A DNA stretch of 64,000 nucleotides from Rebecca billardiae RCC1528 (lineage: Eukaryota; Protista; Haptophyta): positions 2,108,001 through 2,172,000 of the forward strand of contig OZ251234.1 in the NCBI GenBank assembly GCA_965240325.2. Direction: 5' to 3'. Both the position numbers and the translations under genes were made by a program. The notes under the pieces are model-generated. The model was not told the DNA's origin. It was given only the letters and a program-made list of their open reading frames with translations, and did not search any database. Position 1 is the first letter of the stretch. Every line of letters starts with the position of its first letter. Of the stretch, positions 15,020 to 26,930 are shown piece after piece.

Positions 15020-15289
15020 CGGCCGAGGCGATGCAGGCGCTGAGTCACTACTCGTACCACCAGCACCGGCGGCTTCTGCGTGCTGTGCGACCTCCAGGGC
15101 GGTGTGTACCGCGACGGAGTCGTCCTCTCAGACCCAATTATCATGACGCGCGAGGCGGGCAGGTACGGCGGCGGCGACCTCGGGCCGCGAGGGATCAGCA
15201 CCTTCTTTGCTAACCACGTGTGCAACGATTGGTGTGAGGCGGACTGGCAGCTGCCGCGCGATCGCTCGCGCGCTACTTCCGCTCGGTGA
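15020..15289 (+). pseudogene. Alpha-kinase (eEF2K/MHCK family) C-terminal fragment, frameshifted
   Basis: MQALSHYSYH in one frame, then VLCDLQGG...LSDPII...YGGGDLGPRGISTFFANHVCNDWC in another. These match the alpha-kinase SH(F/Y)xY, DxQG, DP, GxGxLG and HxCNxxC motifs. Confidence 0.8.
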
Positions 15290-15436
15290 AAGGCTCGTCA
15301 TTGCTGGGGAAAGGACAGGTGCAGCCTGCGCGCGCGCTTGGCACAATGGCACGCTGGCACCGCTGGACGAATGCTGGTCCGGCGAGGGGGACAGCAGCGA
15401 AGCCGATTGAAATCCTGCTTATATATGGGTCGTAGT

Positions 15437-15503
15437 TTCTATGTGTCTGCTGCACTCTGAGCCTGACGCTTGCCGGTTGCATACTGCATACCACGTCGTC
15501 GTT
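15437..15503. mobile_element. Terminus of the AACGACGTGG TIR family
   Basis: Similar to 13535-13590. Ends CCACGTCGTCGTT followed by AAATATAT. Confidence 0.7.
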
Positions 15504-16260
15504 AAATATATGGGTAGTTGGAGCTCCTGCTGCAACTCTGCTGGCTGGAAACCTGTTTTATTTAGACCAGCGGGCCTGGCAACCTGTCTGAGTCGCGTAT
15601 AGTCGTCGCGCCCACGACGGCGTGTCGACGGCCAGACTGCACCCGTATCGTTATAATATATTATTATTACTATCTCTTCTGAGTAGTGATGACTTACCGA
15701 TCGTCAGTTATTATCATCATCAGCATTGCCATCAGTCGTTATTCGCGCGGGCGGCGCGGTTATCTTCCGCCGCCCGCTCTCTGCCTCTGCGGCTCTGACG
15801 TAATCGGACGATGACTATCATCGGCGGCTGAACAAATGACTGCTCAGCACTCATGCCGATACTTATATATATATCGTCAATATGCGGCACGGCGCCAGCA
15901 GTAGGCAACAGTAGACGCACATGGCACTATAGTCACCGCCGTCCGGCGAGTACTGACTGTAGTTGACAATTCGACGACGACGCAGGTCGCTCACCTCAGT
16001 CACACCGGAGTGATGCACCCCGCGGGGCCACCCCCGCGGGTTACTAGTTAGTAGTAGAAGGCAGACTATCCGAGTTATACGCCGCTGGCGGCACTGAGAG
16101 TGTAAGCCTCACCCCGCCCGATCAAGTCATGCTTGTGCGGCGTGCTGCCCGCCTGGAATATGACGCGATTACTCGCAACACCAAGGGCGGCAGTGTGGCA
16201 CCAAGGCAGTGCGTCGAGCGCATTCACCAAGGGTGGCGCAGCGGCACCGAGGTCGGCGCA

Positions 16261-16788
16261 TCAAGCGTGCTCGCAGCGGATGCGACGGGCGAGCTGGATA
16301 TCCTTGGGCATGATCGTGACGCGCTTGGCGTGGATTGTGCACGCATTCGCATCCTCAAAGATGCCCACGAGGTACGCCTCTGCCGCCTCCTGCAGAGCAA
16401 GGAGGGCCTGTGATTCATAGCGCACCCCTGGCTTGAAGTTCGCGGTGAGCTCGCGCACGAGGCGCTGGAAGGGCAGCTTGCGAACGAGGAGCTCGGTTGA
16501 CTTTTGGTACTTACGGATCTCTCGGAGAGCAATACTCCCCGGACGAAAGCGGTGCGGCTTTTTTACGCCGCCAGCCGGTGGCGGCTGTGCATGCCGGGCT
16601 GCGCGCGTAGCAAGCTGCGCAGCGCAAGACGCGCAGCGAGGGGGAGGAGCGTAAGGTCAGGGCTCGCGCGGAGGCGCGACACCCCACAACAGTCGTCGCT
16701 GCGATTCGCATGCGCCGAGGCTCACCATCTTGCGCTGCACACCGACGCCACCCGTCGACTTGCGCGCGGTGAGCTTCGTGCGCACCAT
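16261..16788 (-). CDS. Divergent histone H3 variant, 138 aa, 2 exons (16788-16726, 16614-16261)
   Basis: [21 protein letters not shown]|[55 protein letters not shown]...[23 protein letters not shown]. The 111-bp GTGAG...GCAG intron is phase 0. Confidence 0.92.
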
Positions 16789-17290
16789 CCGTCGTGTTCA
16801 CGTCCGTGCTGCGGTGGACAAGTTTGGACGTGTCCCTTTTCGCTCTCGGCCGGGCGCAACGGATCACCGAGCGAAGGACAAAGACAACCCCCCGGACTGG
16901 GAACTGGGGTGGTCGGAACTCGCGGTTCGCAAGAATGCCTTGTCCTTCGCTGTTCGATCTCATCTCTCACTCACTCACACTGTATCATCATCATTTTGTC
17001 GGTAGTGGTTTAGGTCACCACGACCGACCAGGCAGTGCTCTGACTCAGATGCGCGTGGGCAGGGAGGGGAGTTCCCGCCCTGCAGTGTGGGTTTGCTCTT
17101 GGGCAACGCTGATGACTCTCAATGGGCTACTCAAACGAATTGTCTGTGCCGGAGCCACGACGACGTCACTCCGGCCGTCGGTCCGAGCGGTCAGACTGGC
17201 TGACCCGTGTCCGTGACTGCAGTGCGTGTGCACGCCGGCAGGCCGGACAACCTTTTGGGGCCTGCAGGATGCAGCAATTCATTTGAACTG

Positions 17291-18319
17291 CTAGAGCAGG
17301 AAGTCACACTCCGTGGACTCGTTGAATACGCCATCGACGTCGCAGTCGTCAATCTCGAAGAGTTCATTGGTCAGGTACGACGCGCAGCCTGCGTCCTTCA
17401 ACGCAGCTGAGCTTGAGCTCGAACCATGCCCAACGGTGGCCATGTCGTCGTGTGGCTCACCGCCCGCACACTCCTCGTACTTCTCGCGCTGCGGCTGCGC
17501 CTGCTGCTCCAACTGCTCGCGCAGCCGGCAGATCTCCTCCGACTGCACCGCAATCTGCTCCTCCGCCCGCATCCATTTCGACAGGATGCACGCGTCAACC
17601 TGCTGGTCCGAGATCAGTAGCCCACCCGGAGCGTCGACGTCGCCTGGGTGCTCCGGCTGGGGCTCCCCATGCGCAGCGGGCATGAGGTCGGGCACTGTAG
17701 GGCCCACATCCCGCATCACCCGGTCCTCCTGGCTGACTCCCTGCGATGATGCGCCGCGCGGCTCGTCGCAGCACCCGCCCTCCGCCGTCCCTACCAACGC
17801 GCATGCGGCGGTCGCAGTGGGCGCTGACTCGGTCGCTGGTGCAGCCGCAGTCGGCCGAGCTGGCGCGGCGATGGGCGCAGAGGCTGGTTCGGCGGGCGGG
17901 GTGGGCTTCGGGCGCTTCGACGCGCGCTGCTCCTGCTTCCAGCCATTCCATCGCTCCCGCTGCTCCGGGGTCGCCTTGCACTCCACCCGCGGCAGGAAGA
18001 GGGGCCAACCGCCCTGGCTCTTGGGCGCGGTGCACACCTCGTACAGGTGCGCGCGCTCATACCGGGGGGGCGTGTGCGCGGACCACTCGGCTTCCTCGCG
18101 GTAGCGGCGTTTCAGCTCTTCCTTTGCGTCATCAACGGACAGGTCTGTCTTCTTCGCGTAATCTTCCGCCAGCCTCTTCCAACGCCGCGTGTGACTAGTC
18201 CACGCCTCCTGCGTGCGCGGGGCCCTCAGCATGCACGGGAGGAAGACGGCCTCCTGTCGGGGCGCGGTGCACGGGGCGCCGCGCAGACGCGCGCTGAATG
18301 CCATCCGTACGACAGCCAC
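17291..18319 (-). CDS. Hypothetical protein (342 aa)
   Basis: Charged helical N-terminal region, P/A-rich linker, coiled coil (EEQIAVQSEEICRLREQLEQQ) and acidic C-terminus. No known domain recognised. Confidence 0.5.
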   Translation of the reverse strand: MAVVRMAFSARLRGAPCTAPRQEAVFLPCMLRAPRTQEAWTSHTRRWKRLAEDYAKKTDLSVDDAKEELKRRYREEAEWSAHTPPRYERAHLYEVCTAPKSQGGWPLFLPRVECKATPEQRERWNGWKQEQRASKRPKPTPPAEPASAPIAAPARPTAAAPATESAPTATAACALVGTAEGGCCDEPRGASSQGVSQEDRVMRDVGPTVPDLMPAAHGEPQPEHPGDVDAPGGLLISDQQVDACILSKWMRAEEQIAVQSEEICRLREQLEQQAQPQREKYEECAGGEPHDDMATVGHGSSSSSAALKDAGCASYLTNELFEIDDCDVDGVFNESTECDFLL

Positions 18320-21300
18320 GTGCGTACGCGATCACACCCGCGCGCGCCCAACCCCGCAGTCCACGCCCGTCTGCGCGCGCGCAGGTCTCAAGAAATGCGC
18401 GTGCGGCGCATGAGACGGCCGAAGCACAGGCTCACAGCACCTTCGGAGGCTGCCGGGAACGGGCGCGGGCGGGGGGAAAGCGATAATCAGGCTCCAGCTT
18501 GGCAGGAGGAGCCGACGACGACATCTCGGCGATGCGCGCGACGCGGGACGCGGCGGCGCGAGGAGGCGACGCTCGTGGCGACCTCGCACGTCGCTCGGGC
18601 TTGGCTCGGGTTGGGTGCGCGGCTGGACGCGAGCCGGCGCGGCGTGCGCAGCCGCACCGGCAGGTGTCGCTCGACTTTCCGGAATCCGGGACCGCGAAAT
18701 GCGCGGTTGCCTCGCGCCGTCGCCCGTCCTGGAACTTGCCGTTGGTCAAGCTGCGCGCGCACCCGAGGGCTGCTGCGGACCCTGGCTGCGGCGGCTTTCG
18801 CGCCCCAAACTGACCGAAGAGACTTCCACTTTCCGCCAACCGCGCTATGTGCGAATCAAGGCCTATATGGCCGGCCATGACCGATGATATTGGCCGCTAG
18901 GCGGCCATGGCCGATGGTTAGCGGTCGACCATCCATCTCTGGCCGATGGGTCTTGGCCGATGGCCGTCCGGCGGCCGGACCGCCGTACTCGTAGGCCGCG
19001 CCGGACGGCGGCACGGCCACGGCGCCGGCGCGTGATGGCCGCGTGAGCACGCCGCGCGGGCTGCAGCACTGTCCGACTCTGCACGGTCGTAGTTCGAGAG
19101 GGCGGCCCCGGGGCTCGGCCGACCCAATTGGTGGACTTGTTGAGCCCCAGTGGCGGTCTCGACCGAGCTTGGCAGGTGTGTGTGTGTGCCTGTGTGTGTT
19201 AATCTGATATACTATATCAGTTACAGGCGACTAGTTATCAGTTATGTCTATTGCGATGTATTTGCCGATTCTGCGCGCCGGCCCGGCGAGTGAAGGACGC
19301 GAGGTGCAGCAGGCGGCGAGCCCGGCGAGACTCCGAGGGCGAGTCAGCGGCCGCACCCGCGCCCGCGACCGCGCCCACGCCCGCGCCCACGACCCCTACT
19401 TCTGCCACGGCTCGCGCTTGCACTGCCAGCAGCGCTGCGGCATCGTCTCACGCAGACCACGTCTGCCGACGCGGCGACTGCGGCAGCCTCGCGGCGAGCG
19501 GACCGGAGCGGTGGCTGCCGCAGCACAGTAGTCGGCTGCAAGCAGCTTCTGCGACGAGATCATGCCCAGACAGAGTCAAGCCGACCTCGTTGGGGTACCA
19601 TACGTTCTGCCCGAGTGGTGAATAATCATCTTTTGCCGAAAAAGAAAAAGGGGTGAATGAATATGGCGGGCCGTAGGTCCGCCCCTTGTAGTGCCCGGGA
19701 AAAAGATAAGAAAAAGAAAATGAAAAAAGAAAATCGCCTCGCAAAGAAAAGAAAATCGCCTCGCTCACTGCCGGGTCGCTTCGCTCACTACCGGGCGCCC
19801 TCGCAGCTCCCACTGGGGACGCTCGGCCGAAAGAGAGTCCTGGATGGCGCGGAGCGCGTGGGCCGCGCGCGCCGAATCCAACGCCGGAGCGGACATCGTG
19901 AGAAGACTCCCGAGGGGGGTTTTCGCCCGATTCGCGATTGCTGCCCTCGTCGTCTCGCGTGCAGGTCGAACGGGGGCTAAATCGACGCGTTTGGAGCGGT
20001 ACGCTCGGCGCGTCGACACGATCGTGCGACCTGGGGCGATCCTCGCCTGACGTGCACGTCGAAAGCTCGCACCGGCCATAGCATCAAGCGCTGCGCACGA
20101 TGGCCGCCTCGCTCGATTCACCGTCGCGCGTCGGGCTCGGTGCGGAACGGCCCTCATCACGAGGCGTCTCGCGGGCGGGAAGCGCCATCGCACGCGACGC
20201 AAGATTTGGCGCGGCCTTCTGAACACCATAACCGGAATCCACACACCGGACTGTCGCGTGCCCCGGTCCAGTGGTCAGCAAGGTCGGGCGCATGCAAATC
20301 CGTTTGCTACGATCGGTGGTGTTCCAGCGCGGGCGATCATGTTTCGCGCTCGCGAGCTCGCGGCCAAAGATCGCTCGGCGCTCGAGGGCCCACGTCCGGC
20401 CTGCATGGCGCCGACGGTGACCAATGCGACGGAGGGGCAGCGCAAAGCGGCGTACGACGCGCACCGCACGCACCTCCCGGGTTTGCAGCCGTGGAAGGAA
20501 CCGCGTCTTGGCGAGTCGGCGGCCCTCGTCGCACAGCGCTATGACCGATTGACCGATCCCAGAGGCGCATCCGCGACGAGCTGAAACGCCGAGCGTGCAA
20601 CATTGTCGCCCCATCCTCCACCATGTCACGAGCGCTGCGGGACGAGGCCGACGTCGTGAAGCCAGTGGCACATGCGCTGCGCTTCCTGTGCCTGCTCGAG
20701 CAGCGCGTGCCGGCACCCTCGATCGCGAGTGGCACACGCTCTCGCACTGCGCGCGCGCGCACCGCACTTCCAGACGACCTAAACAAATGAAACATGACAT
20801 CACACTCCGCCACCACTGTTTAGCTCCGAGGAAATTGAACCGTCACCGTCAGGCGTCACAAGCAAGCCGCCGTCGCACGCCAATCAGTTATTGGCCAGTG
20901 CGTGCGCACAGTCGACGGCTCGGCTGTCGGCACCCGGGATGACGAGTAGCGCCGAGTGGGTGCACGAATACACGCGCAATCACACTGTCGGTGAGATCAC
21001 CAGAGTCATCTGTCGCGTTATTATTCGTCAGTGAGTCAGGTAGCTCACCATCATCTGTGTGTCGCATTGTAGTATTCGTCATCCTGCCCGTCAAACCGCT
21101 AAATAAAAGCAGCGCGAACCCGCTGGGGAAATATTGCGACAGCACTGGCACGGCCCGCCGACCCCCCCGCCCGCCAGGGCAGAGTTTATATATATATATG
21201 TATTCATTTATTCATTTATTCGTCGTAGTCGGCCACTGGCCGATGAACGGGCAAAAGTGGGCATCCTGTGGCCGACGGGTTGGCCGACGCCCGTCGAGGC

Positions 21301-21360
21301 TTGATTCGCACACAGCAACCGCGGCGACGACGCCGCTCGGTCCTTGCGTCAACACGCACA

Positions 21361-21930
21361 ATGCCGTCTCCGCCGGAAGCGCTCGCGTCCACCGCGCCGT
21401 ACGCCAACGCCCGCCTCCTCGACGAGGAGGCGCAGCAGCCGGTCGAACCCTCTGGCTCGCCGCGCGCGACGCGCGCCAAGTACGCCACCGCCGTCTTTGG
21501 CACATTGCTGCTGGCCGCGCTGTGCGTCGGCGCGCTGGGCGCATCGGGCGCGCGCGCGCGCGACGCTACGCCTGCGGCCGACCTGCCCGTCCTCCGCTGG
21601 GAGGAGTGGAAGCCGTTCAAGCCGTTCGAGCCGTTCAAGCCATTCAAGCCGTTCAAGCCGATGGACCAGATCGTCGTCGTCCGCGACCATGACGACGGCT
21701 CGCTCAACGTGCGGTGCGTCGGGTACGCGTCCAGGTACGGCACGGAGGGCTTCGACTACACGCTGAGCGAAGGGTCGAAGACAGTGCAGATCCAGGCGAC
21801 CGGGCACGGGCACGCGAGCCAGTCGTCGGCGAAGCTGCCGCAGGCGGTCTCGAGCCCGAGCGAGGTCGAGGTCGGCACCATGGGCGACGACATTGTGATC
21901 CACATCCCTGCCAGCGCACTTGGCGAGTGA
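21361..21930 (+). CDS. Type II membrane protein with (KPF)n repeat and C-terminal alpha-crystallin/HSP20-like domain
   Basis: TM segment AVFGTLLLAALCVGALGA, WKPFKPFEPFKPFKPFKPM, and a beta-rich end ...KLPQAVSSPSEVEVGTMGDDIVIHIP. Confidence 0.65.
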   Translation: MPSPPEALASTAPYANARLLDEEAQQPVEPSGSPRATRAKYATAVFGTLLLAALCVGALGASGARARDATPAADLPVLRWEEWKPFKPFEPFKPFKPFKPMDQIVVVRDHDDGSLNVRCVGYASRYGTEGFDYTLSEGSKTVQIQATGHGHASQSSAKLPQAVSSPSEVEVGTMGDDIVIHIPASALGE

Positions 21931-22177
21931 TGCGCTCGAGTGATGCGCACGGACCGAGCTCCCGGGCGGACCGGGCCGGACCGTCTCAGCACCCCCGGGC
22001 TGACCGCCCACGGTGGTTCCGCACGGTCACAGTCTGCACGCACGTACTACTATCATCATCATCTGCGCACGTATATGATACTAATCAGACTCGAGTGAGT
22101 TCAATTAATAGTTCAATAATTATCAGATGATGACTAATAACGGTTCGATCACTAATTTAATAATATAATAAGATATA

Positions 22178-22215
22178 ACGACGTGGCATGCAACGCAGCA
22201 ACGGGCAGGCGTCAG
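22178..22215. mobile_element. Isolated truncated AACGACGTGG-family terminus
   Basis: AACGACGTGGCATGCAACG...GGGCAGGCGTCAGAG, resembling 12221, following an AT-rich TA context. Confidence 0.55.
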
Positions 22216-23876
22216 AGAGAGAGAGAGAGAAGCTCACAAATAAGCCACTGTACTGCCACCTTTTAAAAATATTATAGGACGAGTAATAATCATCGCCATA
22301 CATCGGACTCAACTAGAGAGCCTTACTGAGTCTCAGTCTAAGTTACGTCTGAGTTAGAGTTAGAGACCTGCTCAGACGCGAGACTGTAGTCTGTACCTGC
22401 AGGTCTTTATTAGCCGCGCGGGACCTGTGCAATACTGCTGGCTATATACGTCTGCTAGTTAATGCCCACCTTCACTCGGTAGTCACAGCTTGTGCCGCGG
22501 GTCAACTATCCGCGGCGCCGACCCGCTGCGCGGGCCCGAGTCTCACCCTCAGCGTCGGAGTCGGCTGAGGCCCATCGGCGCGAGCGCGGGCGATCAATTC
22601 TCACCGCCATGTCAGGGGTCCGGGGGTGCCGGCCCGGAGGCCGGACTGACGATCATTCGCGGCCATTCGGGGCGTGCGGCCAGCAGTGGCCAGTGTCGGA
22701 TAACGGTGGGATATATCCGCGTGCTGAGCCTGAGAGCGAGACGAAGCACGCGACGTCGCTCACAGTCACACGGCCGCCCATGCCTAGGTACGAGGATCGC
22801 CCGTCGATTACTGGCTCGACGGGCCCGCTGTGCTGCAGCAGAGTGCACGCGCAGCGACGTGCGGAGAGCGTAAGGAACGCTCTTTGACTAGCGCTAGCTA
22901 GTTAGCCGTTAGGCCAGGCGCCATTGACGCTGCGCCTTGCCTGGCTTGTGAAGCATGACGGGCGCACGCGTCGTCCAGGCGAACTTGCCAGTCGATGGCG
23001 CCGTCGCCGGCGAGCGCATCGATAAGTCGGTCTTCGGTGGCCAGGTCGTGCACCCGCCGCCGCCGCCGCGCCTCCGCGGGCTCCGGTCCCGGTCCGCATT
23101 CGCCGAGCGAGCTACGCCGCGCGAGCCGGTCGTCCACGGCGTCAACGGCGCCGTTGCCCGCCGGTTGGGAGCTCATCGCCCGCCCGCACTAGTGAGGATT
23201 GCTGCGCAGTATCCCCTGGCACCTGTGAGTGTGAGTGTGAAGAAATTCTCGTCGACCAGTGCGACTGATCCCCGGCCCACCTGTACTATCTATCATAGAT
23301 AGCGGGCGTCAATCTCCCCTGAGCTGTGTAAATTATACAGTCTACTACGTGCCTCCGGACGGGCATGGAGCCGTGGCGAGGTCGCTAAATCGCGTGGCGC
23401 GGTCCCAGAGAAGGCTGCTACTATCCCTGACCAGCTTGCTAGCCATGCCGGTCGTTGATCACCCCGCCGTTGTCAGGCGCGCACACGCCACGCGTGAATC
23501 GCATGGCAGCCGTGTCGGACGGCGGTCGCACGACTACCGCGCAGCCAACATTGATCGTCAGACTCACGACGTGTGGGGTCAGGCAGAATATTGATAGGTC
23601 TGCACCCTCGCCTGGCATGCCCCAGAGGTCAACACAGCCATCAGAAGGGTGATCCTGCCCGCTACTTGCCCATCCTTCCCATGCTCAGCCTCACGCGCGC
23701 CGGTCACACGATGACGTGGACGTGGACGTGAGAGAGTGGTCGAAAAGTCGGAAGGGAAGCTGCCACTCACGCACACGCGCGCGCACGGCGACGCCGACCT
23801 GCCTACGCCACGCCCCGGTGACCGGGCCGTGGCGCTGGGGCCTCAGATCGCGGTGGGACGTGCATTCACGCCCGCC

Positions 23877-25436
23877 ATGGCTTTCTTCCCTTCCCTTCCG
23901 TCCGGGTTCTCAGCCGCGGACGGACTTCGGAAGCACGCCATGGCGGCGGCGGCGGTGGACTTTGGAGGGGAAACTTTTCTGAGGCGAGCTCGTGCATGTC
24001 GCGGGCGCGCGCGCTTGTGGCGCGCGCCGAGCGCTTCCACCGCGAGCCGCACTCCGCTGTCGGTTCTCCTCGTCTTGGCGCTGCAGCTCTCGGCTGCGCA
24101 GGCCGCGCAGCCTCTCGCGCCGCTCAGGGAGCTCGGGCTCATGGGCGTTGGCGTCGGCTCGCTGTGCGCCAGCAACGTGTGCACTGGCCGGCTGCTCGCG
24201 TGTTGCGGCTGCGCGTCGTTTCCGGCGCCCATCGCGTCCATGATGCTCGCCACCGCCGGGCTCTGCACGCTCGATGCGGCGGCACCGCGCAGCGCTGCCT
24301 ATGTGCACCGCCAGCTTGCGCCCAGCGGCCGCCTCCTCAAGCGCATCTACTCGCTGTCGTTCATCCCGGGCCAGGTGTCTCTACCATTCGTACTCCCGCC
24401 GATGCGCGCAGCGGACGGTCTCGCCTTCGCCGCGTTCTGCGTCGTGTCTGCCGGCGCGAACACAGCGCTGAGTGCGCGCATGGCCGAAGCGGTCGCTGCG
24501 CGCACACCGCCAAGCCAGCCCGGGGACACCTCGCGGGGCCGGGCGGTGACGAGCGGGGCTGTGAGGAGGCGAGATGCGCCCACGTTGCCAGCCGCACAGC
24601 CGACGGCGCCCGCGCATGCGCAGAGCGCGGCCACGGCATGGCCGAGCACTGCGCGCGCCCCGCTGGTGGGCGTGCTCGGCCTCGTGGCGATGGCGACGCG
24701 CTCCGCGCTGGCGGTGCAGGCGAGCTTCCTCCTCGCCACCCTGCTGGCGTACTTCGCCGCAGAGGGCCTGCCCGCGCGGTTGCACGTGCCGCTGCCGACG
24801 CTGCCCGTGGCCTCCGTGCTCACGGCAGCGCTGCTGAGCGTGCTGGGGCGCGGGCTCGGGCAAGGCATGGCAGAGACTGTTGCGCAGTACAACGCCGGCG
24901 CAGGCGCCCTGCTCCGAGCCATCGCGCGCCCGGCCATCGTGGCGTTCGCGCTCGACCTCTTCGCGCACAGGCACGCGATCTGCGCGCGGGCTCCGGCCGT
25001 CGCAGCCGCGATCTTCGCCTCGGTGGTGGCGAGCCTCGTGGCCGGCGCGCTGGCGGCGCGCGCCCTGGCGCTCCCCGTCGCCCTGCGGCTGGCGCTGATC
25101 CCGCGCGCCCTGACCACCGCGCTGGCGCTCGAGGCGGGCGCGCTCGTGCGCGCGAACGACGGCCTCGTGCTGATCAGCACGTTTGCCACCGGGATGACTG
25201 GCCTCGCATTCGGCCAGGCGCTCCTCAAATTGTTCCGTGTTCGCAGCCCGTTCGCGCGCGGGCTCTCGCTCGGCTGCGCGACGAACGGCGGCGGCGTGGT
25301 CGCGCTGCTCGACGAGCCTGAGGCGCTGCCGTTTGCGGTGGCCTCCACCGCGCTTGGGGGCGCGTTGACGGTGCTGCTCATGGGCTCCCCAAGCTTGCGC
25401 TCGGCGCTGCTCTGGCTCGCAGGGTGCCTCGACTGA
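23877..25436 (+). CDS. LrgB-family membrane protein (PLGG1-like glycolate/glycerate transporter family)
   Basis: Many TM helices. LALIPRALTTALAL, TGMTGLAFGQALLKLFRVRSPFARGLSLGCATNGGG and EPEALPF resemble the LrgB domain. Start uncertain. Confidence 0.8.
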   Translation: MAFFPSLPSGFSAADGLRKHAMAAAAVDFGGETFLRRARACRGRARLWRAPSASTASRTPLSVLLVLALQLSAAQAAQPLAPLRELGLMGVGVGSLCASNVCTGRLLACCGCASFPAPIASMMLATAGLCTLDAAAPRSAAYVHRQLAPSGRLLKRIYSLSFIPGQVSLPFVLPPMRAADGLAFAAFCVVSAGANTALSARMAEAVAARTPPSQPGDTSRGRAVTSGAVRRRDAPTLPAAQPTAPAHAQSAATAWPSTARAPLVGVLGLVAMATRSALAVQASFLLATLLAYFAAEGLPARLHVPLPTLPVASVLTAALLSVLGRGLGQGMAETVAQYNAGAGALLRAIARPAIVAFALDLFAHRHAICARAPAVAAAIFASVVASLVAGALAARALALPVALRLALIPRALTTALALEAGALVRANDGLVLISTFATGMTGLAFGQALLKLFRVRSPFARGLSLGCATNGGGVVALLDEPEALPFAVASTALGGALTVLLMGSPSLRSALLWLAGCLD

Positions 25437-26030
25437 GGCATCCGCCGCAGCAACGGACACGAGTAGTCAGCAATAATAATTTAAAAATAATCACTACTGG
25501 ACCATAGATGCCAGCAGGTGCTGTCAAATCTGAATCGGCAGGGAAGCGGAAGGAGCGCGCCACCTAGCGTGCGGCTCGTGCTGGAGGGCGGCCCGGTCGG
25601 ACGCACTACTCAGTACTCGGTACAGACGCCCGTTACCGGCCCGGTAGTGCTGGTAGTGGTGATGCGGGCCGTAGCGGTGGTCATCCAGGTGCCGTGAGCA
25701 CTCAGTCCGACAGGTCTGGGGCTCTGGCCAGGCTTCAGCGCCGCACGATGACCCCGGCTCGGGTCGTCATCGGCCGTGCTGGTGAGGCGGGCCGTACGGG
25801 TGGTCAGGTGCAGTGACTGACTGACTACCACTCAGTCGGGCACTCTGGAGTCACAGCGGGACCCCGGCTGGTCGTCACCCAGGGCCAGTCTCCAGGGGCG
25901 TTCCCCGCACTGATGGTCATACGCCAAATCGAACCGCGTTCCTATTGAAATTGGCTTCCTCTATTTCAAGCGGGTACATTTGATTACGGCCCGCGCCAGT
26001 CCGGTAGCAATGCCCCCCCCAGGGGGGGGC

Positions 26031-26930
26031 ATTGACACTGGCCCACAGGGGGGGGTTCCGAATTGGTCCCCCGACCTCGAGCTCGATGGCTGCCGCACGT
26101 GCGTGCCCAGCGTGCCTCGCGCGTGTACGTGCACGGTAGGGCGTCCCGACAGCGGCGGGGTGGCGTAGATGGTCGCATGGGAGGTGCATCCGTGTGTCGG
26201 AGACGTCTCGGCGCCTCGGTGGCGTGCCCACACCTCTCCTTGTCGCCGCTTGCCTGCTGCGTGCTCGGCCAGCCGTTTGGAGTGCACGCCTGCACGTGCA
26301 CGGCCAGTGTCGGGCGGATCGAGCCGTAGCGAGTGTGCTTGCGGGTACTCCCACCCGATGCGGCTCTCTGCCGCCGTCGTAGTAGCTCTCGTGCATCAAT
26401 CCCAAGCCGTGCACTCCAACCCACGACGTGTTCAGTGTTGTCATGGTGGTACACCACATGCTGTCCAGTTTTATTTTCAAATAGCGCATTTCTGATGCGA
26501 TTCCTGGGCAATGTTCGCGAGCATGTTGGGCGCATGCCTGACTAGATTCGGCAGGTTCCAGGACACGCGCGAGGGCTTGCGACGGCGGCAGAGAGCCGCA
26601 TCGGGTGGGAGTACCCGCAAGCACACTCGCTACGGCTCGATCCGCCCGACACTGGCCGTGCACGTGCAGGCGTGCACTCCAAACGGCTCGGGCCGAGCAC
26701 GCAGCAGGCAAGCGGCGACAAGGAGAGGTGTGGGCACGCCACCGAGGCGCCGAGACGTCTCCGACACACGGATGCACCTCCCATGCGACCATCTACGCCA
26801 CCCAGCCGCTGTCGGGACGCCCTACCGTGCACGTACACGCGCGAGGCACGCTGGGCACGCACGTGCGGCAGCCATCGAGCTCGAGGTCGGGGGACCAATT
26901 CGGAACCCCCCCTTGTGGGCCAGTGTCAAT
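26031..26930. repeat. Foldback: about 350-bp near-perfect inverted arms (26031-26379 / 26580-26930) around a 200-bp spacer
   Basis: The arms are reverse complements with few differences, and the ORF track is mirrored across them. Confidence 0.9.

Noticed and set aside
16261-16458. H3 as a truncated pseudogene
   Set aside because: A canonical phase-0 intron restores a complete 138-aa reading frame.
18865-18970. Cluster of GGCCGATGG-like motifs
   Set aside because: Short and GC-rich, with no boundaries or function supportable.
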